Assembly: GCA_950097015.1 (NCBI GenBank)
Contig: CATNEN010000029.1
Span: 5,270,001 to 5,334,000, forward strand
DNA: 64,000 nucleotides
DNA from: Macrostomum hystrix
Taxonomy: Eukaryota > Animalia > Platyhelminthes
Reading direction: 5' to 3'
The stretch's first letter is position 1. The number at the start of each line of letters is the position of its first letter. The notes beneath the pieces were generated by a model that did not search any database, was not told the DNA's origin, and worked only from the letters and a program-made list of their open reading frames with translations. This document shows, piece after piece, positions 1 to 12,996 of this stretch. Both the position numbers and the translations under genes were made by a program.

Positions 1-61
1 GAAGCCGCGGACGCAGCCGACAATCCGGCGGCTGTAGGGGAAGCCCGGCCGCCAGATCAGC

Positions 62-118
62 GAGCCGTAGCCGAAGATGCGCAGCGGTGGTCCGCCGGGT
101 TCGAATCTCGGCTCCAAT
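62..118 (+). other. Degenerate tRNA-like / Pol III B-box fragment (possible SINE head)
   Basis: GGTTCGAATC B-box inside a CCGGG/CTCGG T-arm-like stem; GAGCCG...CGGCTC terminal complementarity. Too short for a canonical cloverleaf. Confidence 0.25.
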
Positions 119-612
119 CCAGACGACATGCTTGGCGGAAATTGAAGAGCATAAAAAATAAAGAGGCAGGAATCTTAAAAACACGGCCCTTTAAATAACC
201 GCCCTGAATTGCTGAATGAAGCATCTGGCGGATTGGCCGGCCATGCCTAGTCCGGGAAGTTGCCTTAGGAGGGCGAGTGAAGGACGCGGAGTGGGGGTGG
301 GCGACAGCTAACCAGCTCAATCCGCCGGCCCCGCCCACGCGTCCCCGAGTGATTGCGGGGATAGTAAATTTAGGGGGAAAAATATTGCCGCGAGGAGACA
401 GGCTGGGGAGCTTTTGGGATCATCAGGGGCGCGATTGATTTGGGGAGAGACAACAAAAAATACTTATGGCGGACATCGAGTGTGACGCATTGGCTCTGAA
501 GAAAATAATAGGAGAAAAATGTGAAACAGAGGACAATAGAAGGTGATGAAATTGATCGAGAATAAAATTTAGAAACGTTGAAATAGCGAAAGAAGGAATA
601 CTATTTACATAA

Positions 613-1340
613 GAGAGTGAGATGAAGGGGAGAGTGAGATGAAGGGGAGAGTGAAATGAAGGGGAGAGTGAGATGAAGGGGAGAGTGAGATGAAGGGGAG
701 AGTGAGATGAAGGGGAGAGTGAGATGAAGGGGAGAGTGAGATGAAGGGGAGAGTGAGATGAAGGGGAGAGTGAGATGAAGGGGAGAGTGAGATGAAGGGG
801 AGAGTGAGATGAAGGGGAGAGTGAGATGAAGGGGAGAGTGAGATGAAGGGAGATTGATATGAAGGGAGAGAGTGACGTGAGGGGAAGAGTGAGATGAACG
901 GAGATAGTAACATGAGGGCAAGGGGGTGAGATGAAGGGAGAGCGTAACGTGAGGGGAAGAGTGATATGAAGGGATATTGAGATGAAGGGGGAGAGTGAGA
1001 TGAAGGGGGAGGGTGAGATGAAGGGGGAGAGTGAGATGAAGGGGGAGGGTGAGATGAAGGGGGAGAGTGAGATGAAGGGGGAGAGTGAGATGAAGGGGGA
1101 GAGTGAGATGAAGGGGGAGAGTGAGATGAAGGGGGAGAGTGAGATGAAGGGGGAGAGTGAGATGAAGGGGGAGAGTGAGATGAAGGGGGAGAGTGAGATG
1201 AAGGGGGAGAGTGAGATGAAGGGGAGAGTGAGATGAAGGTAGACAGTAACGTGAGGGGGAGTGAGATGAAGAGGGAGTGAGATGATGGGAGAGAGTAACG
1301 TGTGGGGAAGGGTGAGATGAAGGGTGATGCTGAGATGAAA
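613..1340. repeat. Purine-rich minisatellite: 17-bp unit AGAGTGAGATGAAGGGG, switching to an 18-bp unit after ~980
   Basis: Direct tandem repeats. ORF periodicity is 17 aa (3x17 nt) in 601-921 and 6 aa (18 nt) in 982-1236. Confidence 0.95.
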
Positions 1341-2239
1341 GGAGTGAGATGAAGACAGATATGTGAAGGGCGGATATGTAAGGTGAAGTACGTAAAAGTA
1401 AGGTGGAGTAGGTTAGCTGGCAGAAAGAATAAATGGCGGGAAATAGCTAAGAGAAGAGAAAAACAGCACGAAGAATTAGACCTGGATAATAGCCTACGAA
1501 GCGGGTGGGAGTCTCATTAGTTAATTAAGTGCAATGGGCCAATTAGTTGTGCTTGGAGATTTCATACACGGAAACAGGAAGCCTTCTCGGTGATGCTGAA
1601 AATCTGCACTGTCGGTTGCGTCTGGAAAAATCTATTTTTAGATTTAATATTATTATTTTTATTAGTCCACGTGACTGCATGTCCAAAGGCTCCCGAACTA
1701 AAACCAGTAAAAGACTTGAGCACTAATGAGCACTAATTTCCCATGTAGGCAAATCTATATGTCTACATCTAAATCTAAATCTACATCTACTTTTCAATCA
1801 TATATGAAATACAGTCTACATGCAACAACAAATTAACAACATTTCGACACTTAATTTGCTGTCGAAATACTGTTGATTTTTTGTCGAAATGTACAACAGC
1901 ATTTCGAAAACAAATAAGCAATAAAAATTTGAAAACTAATTAAGAACACTTCCACAGAATTTCGACAACAAAACAACATTTCGACAGCAAATCACCAACA
2001 TTTCGACAACTTGTAAAAAAATGATAAGATTTCTGACCAAGTTTTGAACTTTCTAAATAGCGCAACAAACAGTTAATCCGCAATGCCTACTATGTGACTA
2101 CTAACTGACAGACAGTAGTGTAGTATGTATCAGTATGGCTAAATATGGAGAATGGCCTTCAAACTGCAAGGCCTCCTAAATTTGACGATTTTTTATTTGG
2201 GTAAATAATGCAGTAACAGTGGTCATAACATCTAAGGTT

Positions 2240-3005
2240 ACCGATTTTATAAAGCTCATTGATCATGACCGATTTCATAACTGCTCATTGATCATGACTG
2301 ATTTTATAACTGCTCATTGATCATGACCGATTTTATAACTGCTCATTGATCATGACCGATTTTATAACTGCTCATTAATCATGACTGATTTTATAACTGC
2401 TCATTGATCATGACTGATTTTATAACTGCTCATTGATCATGGCCGATTTTATAACTGCTCATTGATCATGGCCGATTTTATAACTGCTCATTAATCATGG
2501 CCGATTTTATTACTGCTCATTGATCATGACCGATTTAAAAATTGCTCATTGATCATGACCGATTTTATAACTGCTCATTGATCATGACTGATTTTATAAC
2601 TGCTCATTGATCATGGCCGATTTTATAACTGCTCATTGATCATGGCCGATTTTATAACTGCTCATTAATCATGGCCGATTTTATAACTGCTCATTGATCA
2701 TGACCGATTTCATTACTGCTCATTGATCATGGCCGATTTCATAACTGCTCATTGATCATGGCCGATTTCATTACTGCTCATTGATCATGACCGATTTCAT
2801 AACTGCTCATTGATCATGACCGATTTCATAACTGCTCATTGATCATGACCGATTTCATAACTGCTCATTGATTATGACCAATTTTGTCACTGCTCATTGA
2901 TTATGACCAATTTTATGACTGCTCATTGATTATGACCAATTTTATGACTGCTCATTGATTATGACCAATTTTATAACTGCTAATTGATTATGACCAATTT
3001 TATGA
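2240..3005. repeat. 29-bp minisatellite TCATTGATCATGACCGATTTTATAACTGC
   Basis: About 26 direct copies visible. Confidence 0.95.
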
Positions 3006-3419
3006 CTTTTCATTTAAGACCATTTGTTATGTACAATCGCCTTCTTATTTACAACTCATCCGCCAGAAAAGGAGGTGCTCAGCTCATTGGCGTGGTCATA
3101 CAGGTGGAACAGGGAGTCCGGGTGCGGACTGGCTACTATTGAGAAGCCTTGTAGCTGTGCTCAAATCTCTAGGAAGCCTTGCAGGCAGAATGGAAGGGCT
3201 TAGATAGCAAATTGAAATTGACTGTCTCTGGACTAATATAGAGATTTTTAGTACACCAGAACCCAAGCACAGGCATATGAGTTAGTTTGTCAGCTTCTGT
3301 CACAAGTATAATAGCTACAGCAGACCACAGCAAATCGACAGCAAATTAACAGCTAATTACAACAAGGCCTCAGAAAAGTTGCGGAAAAGATACAGCAAAC
3401 AGACAGCAAATCAACAAAA

Positions 3420-6400
3420 CATTAGCAGCAAAGCTACAGCAAATTAGCAGCAAAGCTACAGCAAATTAGCAGCAAAGCTACAGCAAATTAGCAGCAAAGC
3501 TACAGCAAATTAGCAGCAAAGCTACAGCAAATTAGCAGCAAAGCTACAGCAAATTAGCAGCAAAGCTACAGCAAGTTATGAGCAAAGCTACAGCAAATTA
3601 GCAGCAAAGCTACAGCAAATTAGTAGCAAAGCTACAGCAAATTAGCAGCAAAGCTACAGCAAATTAGTAGCAAAGCTACAGCAAATAAGCAGCAAAGCTA
3701 CAGCAAATTAGCAGCAAAGCTACAGCAAATTAGCAGCAAAGCTACAGCAAATTAGCAGCAAAGCTACAGCAAATTAGCAGCAAAGCTACAGCAAGTTATG
3801 AGCAAAGCTACAGCAAATTAGCAGCAAAGCTACAGCAAATTAGCAGCAAAGCTACAGCAAATTAGCAGCAAAGATACAGCAAATTATGTGCAAAGCTACA
3901 GCAAATTAGCAGCAAAGCTACAGCAAATTAGCAGCAAAGCTACAGCAAATTAGCAGCAAAGCTACAGCAAGTTATGAGCAAAGCTACAGCAAATTAGCAG
4001 CAAAGCTACAGAAAATTAGCAGCAAAGCTACTGCAAATTAGTAGCAAAGCTACAGCAAATTAGCAGCAAAGCTACAGCAAATTAGCAGCAAAGCTACAGC
4101 AAATTAGTAGCAAAGCTACAGCAAATTAGCAGCAAAGCTACAGCAAATTAGCAGCAAAGCTACAGAAAATTAGCAGCAAAGCTACAGCAAATTAGCAGCA
4201 AAGCTACAGCAAATTAGCAGCAAAGCTACAGCAAATTATGTGCAAAGCTACAGCAAATTAGCAGCAAAGCTACAGCAAATTAGCAGCAAAGCTACAGCAA
4301 ATTAGCAGCAAAGCTACAGCAAGTTATGAGCAAAGCTACAGCAAATTAGCAGCAAAGCTACAGAAAATTAGCAGCAAAGCTACTGCAAATTAGTAGCAAA
4401 GCTACAGCAAATTAGCAGCAAAGCTACAGCAAATTAGCAGCAAAGCTACAGCAAGTTATGAGCAAAGCTACAGAAAATTAGCAGCAAAGCTACAGCAAGT
4501 TATGAGCAAAGCTACAGAAAATTAGCAGCAAAGCTACAGCAAGTTATGAGCAAAGCTACAGCAAATTAGCAGCAAAGCTACAGCAAGTTATGAGCAAAGC
4601 TACAGAAAATTAGCAGCAAAGCTACAGCAAATTAGCAGCAAATCTACAGCAAATTAGCAGCAAAGCTACTGCAAATTAGTAGCAAAGCTACAGCAAATTA
4701 GCAGCAAAGCTACAGCAAATTAGCAGCAAAGCTACAGCAAACTAGCAGCAAAGCTACAGCAAATTAGCAGCAAAGCTACAGCAAATTAGCAGCAAAGCTA
4801 CAGCAAATTAGCAGCAAAGCTACAGAAAATTAGCAGCAAAGCTACAGCAAATTAGCAGCAAAGCTACAGCAAATTAGCAGCAAAGCTACAGCAAATTAGC
4901 AGCAAAGCTACAGCAAATTAGCAGCAAAGCTACAGCAAATTGGCAGCAAAGCTACAGCAAATTAGCAGCAAAGCTACAGCAAATTAGCAGCAAAGCTACA
5001 GCAAATTAGTAGCAAAGCTACAGCAAATTAGCAGCAAAGCTACAGCAAATTAGCAGCAAAGCTACAGAAAATTAGCAGCAAAGCTACAGCAAATTAGCAG
5101 CAAAGCTACAGCAAATTAGTAGCAAAGCTACAGCAAATTATGTGCAAAGCTACAGCAAATTAGCAGCAAAGCTACAGCAAATTAGCAGCAAAGCTACAGC
5201 AAATTAGCAGCAAAGCTACAGCAAGTTATGAGCAAAGCTACAGCAAATTAGCAGCAAAGCTACAGAAAATTAGCAGCAAAGCTACTGCAAATTAGTAGCA
5301 AAGCTACAGCAAATTAGCAGCAAAGCTACAGCAAATTAGCAGCAAAGCTACAGCAAATTAGTAGCAAAGCTACAGCAAATTAGCAGCAAAGCTACAGCAA
5401 ATTAGCAGCAAAGCTACAGAAAATTAGCAGCAAAGCTACAGCAAATTAGCAGCAAAGCTACAGCAAATTAGCAGCAAAGCTACAGCAAATTAGCAGCAAA
5501 GCTACAGCAAATTAGCAGCAAAGCTACAGCAAATTAGCAGCAAAGCTACAGCAAATTAGCAGCAAAGCTACAGCAAGTTATGAGCAAAGCTACAGCAAAT
5601 TAGCAGCAAAGCTACAGAAAATTAGCAGCAAAGCTACTGCAAATTAGTAGCAAAGCTACAGCAAATTAGCAGCAAAGCTACAGCAAATTAGCAGCAAAGC
5701 TACAGCAAGTTATGAGCAAAGCTACAGAAAATTAGCAGCAAAGCTACAGCAAGTTATGAGCAAAGCTACAGAAAATTAGCAGCAAAGCTACAGCAAGTTA
5801 TGAGCAAAGCTACAGCAAATTAGCAGCAAAGCTACAGCAAGTTATGAGCAAAGCTACAGAAAATTAGCAGCAAAGCTACAGCAAATTAGCAGCAAATCTA
5901 CAGCAAATTAGCAGCAAAGCTACTGCAAATTAGTAGCAAAGCTACAGCAAATTAGCAGCAAAGCTACAGCAAATTAGCAGCAAAGCTACAGCAATTTAGC
6001 AGCAAAGCTACAGCAAATTATGTGCAAAGCTACAGCAAATTAGCAGCAAAGCTACAGCAAATTAGCAGCAAAGCTACAGCAATTTAGCAGCAAAGCTACA
6101 GCAAATTATGTGCAAAGCTACAGCAAATTAGCAGCAAAGCTACAGCAAATTATGTGCAAAGCTACAGCAAATTAGCAGCAAAGCTACAGCAAATTATGTG
6201 CAAAGCTACAGCAAATTATGTGCAAAGCTACAGCAAATTATGTGCAAAGCTACAGCAAATTATCTGCAAAGCTACAGCAAATTAGCAGCAAAGCTACAGC
6301 AATTTAGCAGCAAAGCTACAGCAAATTATGTGCAAAGCTACAGCAAATTATCTGCAAAGCTACAGCAAATTAGCAGCAAAGCTACAGCAATTTAGCAGCA

Positions 6401-6501
6401 AAGCTACAGCAAATTATGTGCAAAGCTACAGCAAATTAGCAGCAAAGCTACAGCAAATTAGCAGCAAAGCTACAGCAATTTAGCAGCAAAGCTACAGCAA
6501 T
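3420..6501. repeat. 22-bp satellite AGCAGCAAAGCTACAGCAAATT (~140 copies)
   Basis: Direct tandem repeats with recurrent variants (GTTATG, TATGTG, GAAA). Confidence 0.97.
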
Positions 6502-7271
6502 ACGAAAGAAAAGCCAACAAATACAGCAATACCGAGCATATCGCTGATAGAAATATATAGAATTCAGTTGCAGACATGTAAGGTCATCAAAGCACACGGG
6601 TTAAGGTGCAATGTCTAACTGCATGCAAATTAGCGATCAATGACTGATAATCATTAATCAGAGTTAATAAAACCGTGCTCTAAGTATAAAATTGTCACCT
6701 CACAGAAAATAATCTGGGAGTCTGCACAGTTTGAGAAGTGCTCACGCAGGCAAAGAGGATCAGTGCTCCGGAATTCCCTAGAGGAGTTGGGGGTGATTCT
6801 GGATTCGCTGGCAATGGCTGACATGGCAACTAAGCGCTTAAATGATCTACTGAGAAGCTGGCCCGCCCTTTTCAGGCCTACATCCGGACCCTGGCAGGGC
6901 CTCAAGATCAATTAGAGAGCAGGCGCTGGGGGAGTTGCGACTCAAGCTAGAGCGCAGGAGGCGAAGAGACAGCAATTTTGTCTTCAAAGTCAATTTTATC
7001 CACGCCTTAATGCACAGCCTTCGGTTTAAAAAGTAATCCCCAAGACAGGACGGTAAAAACACTTATTAGTATCGACCTCAAACCCAACTTGATCGTACCT
7101 TTGTTTTCTAGTCTGTCTCTCTGATCAATTAAAGCTCTACTTTACCTCTGAGCACGAACCAAATTCTTTAAAAGTCAGAAATATTCCCACAAAAAGTCAT
7201 ATTGTAAAAATGTTCCCATTTATTTCTAGGCCGAAAAACACCCCTTCGAAAAATTCGAAGCTTCATGACGT

Positions 7272-7872
7272 GTATATCTATTCTCCTAGATCTCTCTGTC
7301 TACTCTCCTAGATCTCTATATCTACTCTCCTAGATATCTAAATCTACTCTCCTAGATCTCTATATCTATTCTCCTAGATCTCTGTATCTACTCTCCTAGA
7401 TCTCTGTACCTATTCTCCTAGATCTCTACATCTATTATCCTAGATCTCTATATCTACTCTCCTAGATATCTAAATCTATTCTCCTAGATCTCTATATCTA
7501 TTATCCTAGATCTCTATATCTACTCTCCTAGATCTCTATGTACATCTTTTATCCTAGATCTCTACATCTTTTATCCTAGATCTCTATATCTACTCTCCTA
7601 GATATCTAAATCTACTCTCCTAGATCTCTATATCTATTCTCCTAGATCTCTGTATCTACTCTCCTAGATCTCTGTACCTATTCTCCTAGATCTCTACATC
7701 TATTATCCTAGATCTCTATATCTACTCTCCTAGATATCTAAATCTATTCTCCTAGATCTCTATATCTATTATCCTAGATCTCTATATCTACTCTCCTAGA
7801 TCTCTATGTACATCTTTTATCCTAGATCTCTATATCTACTCTCCTAGATATCTAAATCTAGTCTCCTAGATT
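7272..7872. repeat. 22-bp minisatellite CTCCTAGATCTCTATATCTACT
   Basis: Direct tandem repeats; degenerates to ~7990. Confidence 0.93.
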
Positions 7873-8464
7873 TGCAAATCTACTCTTCGAGGTTTCTAAA
7901 TCTACTATCTGAGATCTCTAAATCTACCCTCCTATATCTCTCCGTCTACTATTCCACTCTATCTCTATCTGCTCTCAATCTGCCTTATACTATTATCTAT
8001 TCTACGCTGTCTCCGTACTCAAGGCACCAACTGAACTCAGGAAAGTACAGCCGTCAATTCAAACATATTCAATACAGCCGCCTAATGAGCAAAAAAAGCT
8101 GTAAGGAAAATAAAAGAAAGAAAATAACGACTTTGATTTAAAAAAAGAGACCCAAAACCTCAGAATGTATTCTGTGCGCATCTCATGCCGGTAAATAACT
8201 CAAAGATTAGGATTCGCGACAGTGAGACTAGCCGGAATTCGCTAGAACTAGCTGGAAAAAATAAGGCGAGAAAAATCGAAGGTGGCATCCTATTGGTTGA
8301 GGAGCCTGGGAAATCATCGCTGACTGCCTATGACAGGGGCGGGTATAAGATGCCCTCGAATATATCAACGGAAATGCGATGTAATAAATAGATCTAAAGG
8401 CGAGGTTAGAAGAGGATAAATAAAAGAGGAAGTCTATAGTCTATTAACACCGAACAGAGCTGAC

Positions 8465-9604
8465 ATGACAGATGCTGCAGCAGCGGCCGAGGCTGCACCC
8501 CTGCCTCTGATCTGCTTGTCCGTGTCGGTGCTGGTTAACTGCAGTCACCTGATCCTGGCCACCTCGCTGACCGAACTGCGCCGACTGTACAACTGGCCAC
8601 TGCTGGCGCCGTTGACGATGCACCTGGTGGCCGGAGTCTGCCAGCTCGTTGCCAGCGCCGCGGAGCGCTCCTGGGCAGCCGCTGACGCCGCCGGCGGTGG
8701 CAGCCTGGGGCTTGCCGCGGCAAACGCGTGCGCTCACCTGTGCCACCTGCTCACCGCCTCCTGGACCCTCTGCGCCGCCGTCGTCCTCTGGCGTCGGCAC
8801 AGAATCTGCCATAGTCAGCAGCAGTTCCATGGCGGCGTCGGCGGCGAGGTGGAGACAGCGGCCGCCAACTCCGACTGGTCCGTGAGGCTTCGCTGTCTGG
8901 CCCTCAGCGCGCTGTTCAGCTCGCCTTTCCTGACAGCCGGCCTGTTCGGCAGGTCCGTGGGCCTTGACACGGCCCGCTACAATGCCAGCCTGGCGCTGAT
9001 CTTTCGACGGCAAAGAAACTGCAGCGACCCGGTCCAGTTGGCGACAGCTTCTGACGAGCTTCAACGAGCCGCGGCGTCGCATGCCTGGCTGCTATTCCTG
9101 CCCGCACTGCTGGCCTACAGCCTTCAGCTACCGCCGCTGCTGCTGGCGTCAGCGGCCTCGGCTGGAGCCAAAGGCGTCATCGTCAACGGCGTCAGCTTGG
9201 AGATGGCGCCTGAGCTGCAGATGGCGGCGCAGACCTTGGCGCACACCCGGCGGGCGCTGGTGAAGTTCGCCGCCACCAGCCTGGCGGTGCAGGCCAGCGG
9301 GCTGCTGTCTATGGCCAGATTCAGCGGCTGCGACGGCGCCTGCCTCTGGTACGCGCACTACATTCTGCAGTCTCTGCAGGCGATCTTCATGGCAGTCAGC
9401 TGCCTGCTGGCGCGCGGCCCAGTTGAAGCCCTGGCCGATGCGTGCGGCAGCGGCGTCGGCGGCGGCATTCTGGGCGTCGGCGGCGTCAGGGAGGACACAA
9501 AGCTAGAGTCGGGACTGGGCCGGCTGGCGGCGGCGATGAATTCGCGGAAGGCGCCGCCTGCACCGATAAGACGGGGATGCGCGTACAGGAGGGCGGCCAG
9601 CTAG
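8465..9604 (+). CDS. Divergent Methuselah-like / class B-type 7TM GPCR (379 aa; may be the 3' exon only)
   Basis: GC-rich ORF with ~7 hydrophobic segments. TM1-ICL1 ICLSVSVL..LILATSLTELRRL resembles Mth-like I.lSiS....L....lPELRNl; TM7 LQSLQAIF resembles class B LNSLQGvF. A candidate splice acceptor lies at 8457. Confidence 0.65.
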   Translation: MTDAAAAAEAAPLPLICLSVSVLVNCSHLILATSLTELRRLYNWPLLAPLTMHLVAGVCQLVASAAERSWAAADAAGGGSLGLAAANACAHLCHLLTASWTLCAAVVLWRRHRICHSQQQFHGGVGGEVETAAANSDWSVRLRCLALSALFSSPFLTAGLFGRSVGLDTARYNASLALIFRRQRNCSDPVQLATASDELQRAAASHAWLLFLPALLAYSLQLPPLLLASAASAGAKGVIVNGVSLEMAPELQMAAQTLAHTRRALVKFAATSLAVQASGLLSMARFSGCDGACLWYAHYILQSLQAIFMAVSCLLARGPVEALADACGSGVGGGILGVGGVREDTKLESGLGRLAAAMNSRKAPPAPIRRGCAYRRAAS

Positions 9605-10519
9605 GTCGTTTTTTAATTAACGTTACGTTAACTTCCATCACGCTATATTATAATGCGTTACTTTTTATTTCAAGTTTTTACGTTACTTTTCGAATTGCTG
9701 TTTATAGAATCTCGTTAGAAGCCTAATTTTTTAACTTGCTTTTGCGTCAAACAAATATTTTGCTACCTGATAATGTAAAAATTAATCTGAGATATAATAC
9801 TACTTACTAAAAGTCCAGATGGCTATGACTAAGTCTCGCTGCTAGCTTTCAACCTCGCACAGTGACTGTACAACAACTGATTGTCTTGCCGGTTAAAAAG
9901 TTCACACAGTACGATCTCTAGAGTGGTACTTTAAGCTGGAGCATCATCTAGGCTAGCAATATCCTGCGCTGTCCGAGGAACTAAATAAATTGGCCTGGGG
10001 GGCTAAACTGGGTTAACTCCTGAGCAGAGCCGGGGGGAGCTGGACGCTACTTTAAAATAAAATTTGGCTTGCTCAAAATCCTCCCGGATTGGCACGACTT
10101 CTCTTCAAAATAACACAATTTTTTTGCTTCGAGACACTGACAGCGAAACGGTAGATTGAACACTCTCCGTGGCTCGGATTAATCTGCATTTCATTAATAT
10201 CTCGCATTCTCACCTTGTGTGCTCGCCTAGCAACTCGCCTAGCAGCCACTCCGGCGCACTCGACTCAAACTCTTAAAGTGAGAAGATCTACACTGCTTCG
10301 CGTCTGACACACCTGAGTAGATTTTCAATCAGTTTTATTTGGGGGGCTGGCAATTCGAGTTTTGCTAGGAGCAGATTAAATCCGACCCACTCGGGAATAA
10401 ATCAATTTTAGAGGCACCGTAGCTTAATTTGAAGAAGAAATTCTTTATGAAACACCTCGGTACCATCTGCTCAGAGTGCAAATCCTAATATTGCTAGTGT
10501 TGCCAATATTGCTACGAAG

Positions 10520-10721
10520 TTAACGCGTTTGCATCTCGCACCTAGGTCACTGAGCTCGATTCCGCGGCGAGGCCACATTCATTGTGGGCCCAAGAGAAGG
10601 CTTGGGGGCTTGTCGTGCAATTTACGCCGCTCGTGGGTCAACCCCAAAGGCACATTGAAAGTGTGCACTGCCAGACGATGAGAAAGTGAGGAAAGTCAGA
10701 TTTACACACCTGCGTGAGTGT
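10520..10721 (+). mobile_element. SINE family A (tRNA-Ala-like head), copy 1
   Basis: Head CTCGCACC..GAGCTCGATTCCGCGGCGAGGCCA plus body CATTCATT..GAGAAGGCTTG..CGTGCAATTTACGCC, shared with copies at 35251, 36150, 43915 and 48375. Confidence 0.85.
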
Positions 10722-12519
10722 CAAGGACCACTAGAAGAAGATGGACGGGACATTTAGTTTCTTGGAAAATTTATTAATGGCAGATTTTCACGGAAAACGC
10801 GAGATAGGAACTTTTCACTTTTTTACATTGGAATATTAACATTTTAATGTGCAAAAACGTGAAAAGTTACTTTCTCGCGAGTGAATTTTTCCTTGAAAAT
10901 CTGGCTTTAATAAATTTTCCCAAGAAACGAAGTGCGATCCCGTCCTTCTTCTTCGAGTTGTCCTGTGTGAGTGCGTGTGCCTTCGCATTGTCACGAAATT
11001 CTGTTCTTTATCTATTAAATCTCTCCAACAGACAGAACTGATTTGCTGCAGAAATGGGAAGCAAAATAGTCTAGAATTGACGGCCTAAATTTATCCCATG
11101 TGGATAATATCCCAAATAGTCGTCAGGCACAGCCTAGGCGATACTGTCCAAAAAGGGGGTCGTGCCAGTAAAGAATGTCTCCTTTGTCTCCTTTGTGACA
11201 AAGGCGAGAATTCGTGTATTTACATATTTTACAAACCGGCGACTTTACTGGCTTCCGAGGCAGAGCTTAAGCAACATTTTTCTCTCCGAACACACAAATA
11301 AAATTTTCAACACATAAGATCTTCATTTTGGACATTTATGAATTCATTTTTTCGACTAGTATCTCTTGTAAGCTTTATAAGCGATTAATCAACGAAAGAT
11401 GCGAGCAGGTAAGGTTTTCAAAGTGCAGCAGATAGGCGCAGAGTCTATGGCAGAAAGAATTAAATTAGCCTATTTTATCAATTAATTAATCTAAGCCAGC
11501 TAAAGCTGAAACACTGTCACTATCTGGTTCGCATTGCCCTGTCTATAAAGTAGGCCTCACCAAAGCATCGAGGAGACTGTCTGGAGACATCGCTACACTC
11601 GTTTCCTCCAAATTTAAGACTCTAGAACAACAATGTTTCAAATGTCTTAACAAAATCCGTATTTATTATTATATGTTAGATCTAAAAAAACTACCTACTA
11701 TAAGTAGGAAAGCAGGCAAATACAAGTCTTGAAACTTGGTTAAACCTTCATTAAAAAACTGTTTTCATATATCACTGTGTGCTTAAGACTAGAAATATGT
11801 GGTTTTTAAATACCCACATTTATCTTTCTCCCGTGTCTCCTAATATCTTCAACCAATCGCCTTGAAAATACAGTACTTCTAGAACATCGGCCTCGTCGTG
11901 GTTTCTGGTGGCAAAAACCACCAATAGAGGCATAATTTTCTTGCTCATAAATTTTCATCATGTAACCATGTCGGCGATCATTTTTAAAATATTGTATTGT
12001 TAATTACTATATTATTGAATGAATATGGATTCGCCATAGGGGTGTTTATGCAGTGCAATGTTAGCTGTCCATGTCACCAGGGTCTTCGACAAGAATCGCT
12101 GATTATCTCGACGATGCTGAAGTCGGACAGCTATGAAAGTTTGTTCATTGTAAAGGGTGGAAAGCTTTTATCCAAAACGGTGGACTGTCACGAAAATCGG
12201 TCATTCGGTTTGGGAGCTATTGTAAAGTGTATTTGAAATACTCCTGCATGTGGTATTTCGACTGTTAACTATTGCTTGTGGTGTCTGTACGCTCGTAATC
12301 AGCGACCCAAACCCCCTTCAAAATTCTAGTGAACTCTGAGCGAGCAATCCGATTGCGCATTGCCAATATGACGGCAACTGATAAGCGGTTACATTTTAGG
12401 CAACGATTGCACTTTGAACTTTGAACCGAAAGGCGTCACGTATAGTATAGTTTCATTATCACAAAAAGTCTTCAAGTCTTGGTTTTCTATTTACAATTCA
12501 AAACAATAATTATCCTAGA

Positions 12520-12775
12520 TCTCTGATTGGCTAAATCTTCTAACCCTGTCTAAAACGCCTCCCCTTCAGGATCTCAGATTTGCTGTAATTAATCAAGGAT
12601 TGGACTGCTAATCCTACGTCCAAAACTCCTACTTCTCGAAGATCTCTGATTGGCTAAGACTTATTGACTGCCAACCCTGTCTAAAACGCCTTCCCTTTCA
12701 GGAATTCTGATTGTCCGTAATTAATAAAGCTATTGGACTTGTTAAATTTGTCAAAATCCTCTGATTGGTAGAAAA
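12520..12775. repeat. Diverged ~120-bp tandem duplication, each unit starting with CTCTGATTGG (reverse CCAAT box)
   Basis: CTCTGATTGG at 12521, 12644 and 12759; ACCCTGTCTAAAACGCCT present twice. Confidence 0.7.
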
Positions 12776-12996
12776 TCTACGTGCCATTTTCCAGAGCTTT
12801 AACTTGGAACATCACTGATTGAAAAAAAACAAAGTACTCAATTTACCATACGAGTATTCAGTCACAAAACCAAAAACCCAACCAGTAGGCCGTCTAGCTG
12901 AGACTGAGATATATTATGAAGTTTTGAATGCAAAAAATCGTTACTTTAGCAGGAACAAAATGATAAGACCAAATTTAAGATTCCAAAGTGGCAGTC

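Noticed and set aside
8444-9358. Overlapping antisense or alternate-frame ORFs on GC-rich genes (also 13211-13826, 40776-41888, 57366-58644, 19514-19862, 21505-21765)
   Set aside because: Shadow ORFs expected from GC-rich coding sequence; no independent motifs.
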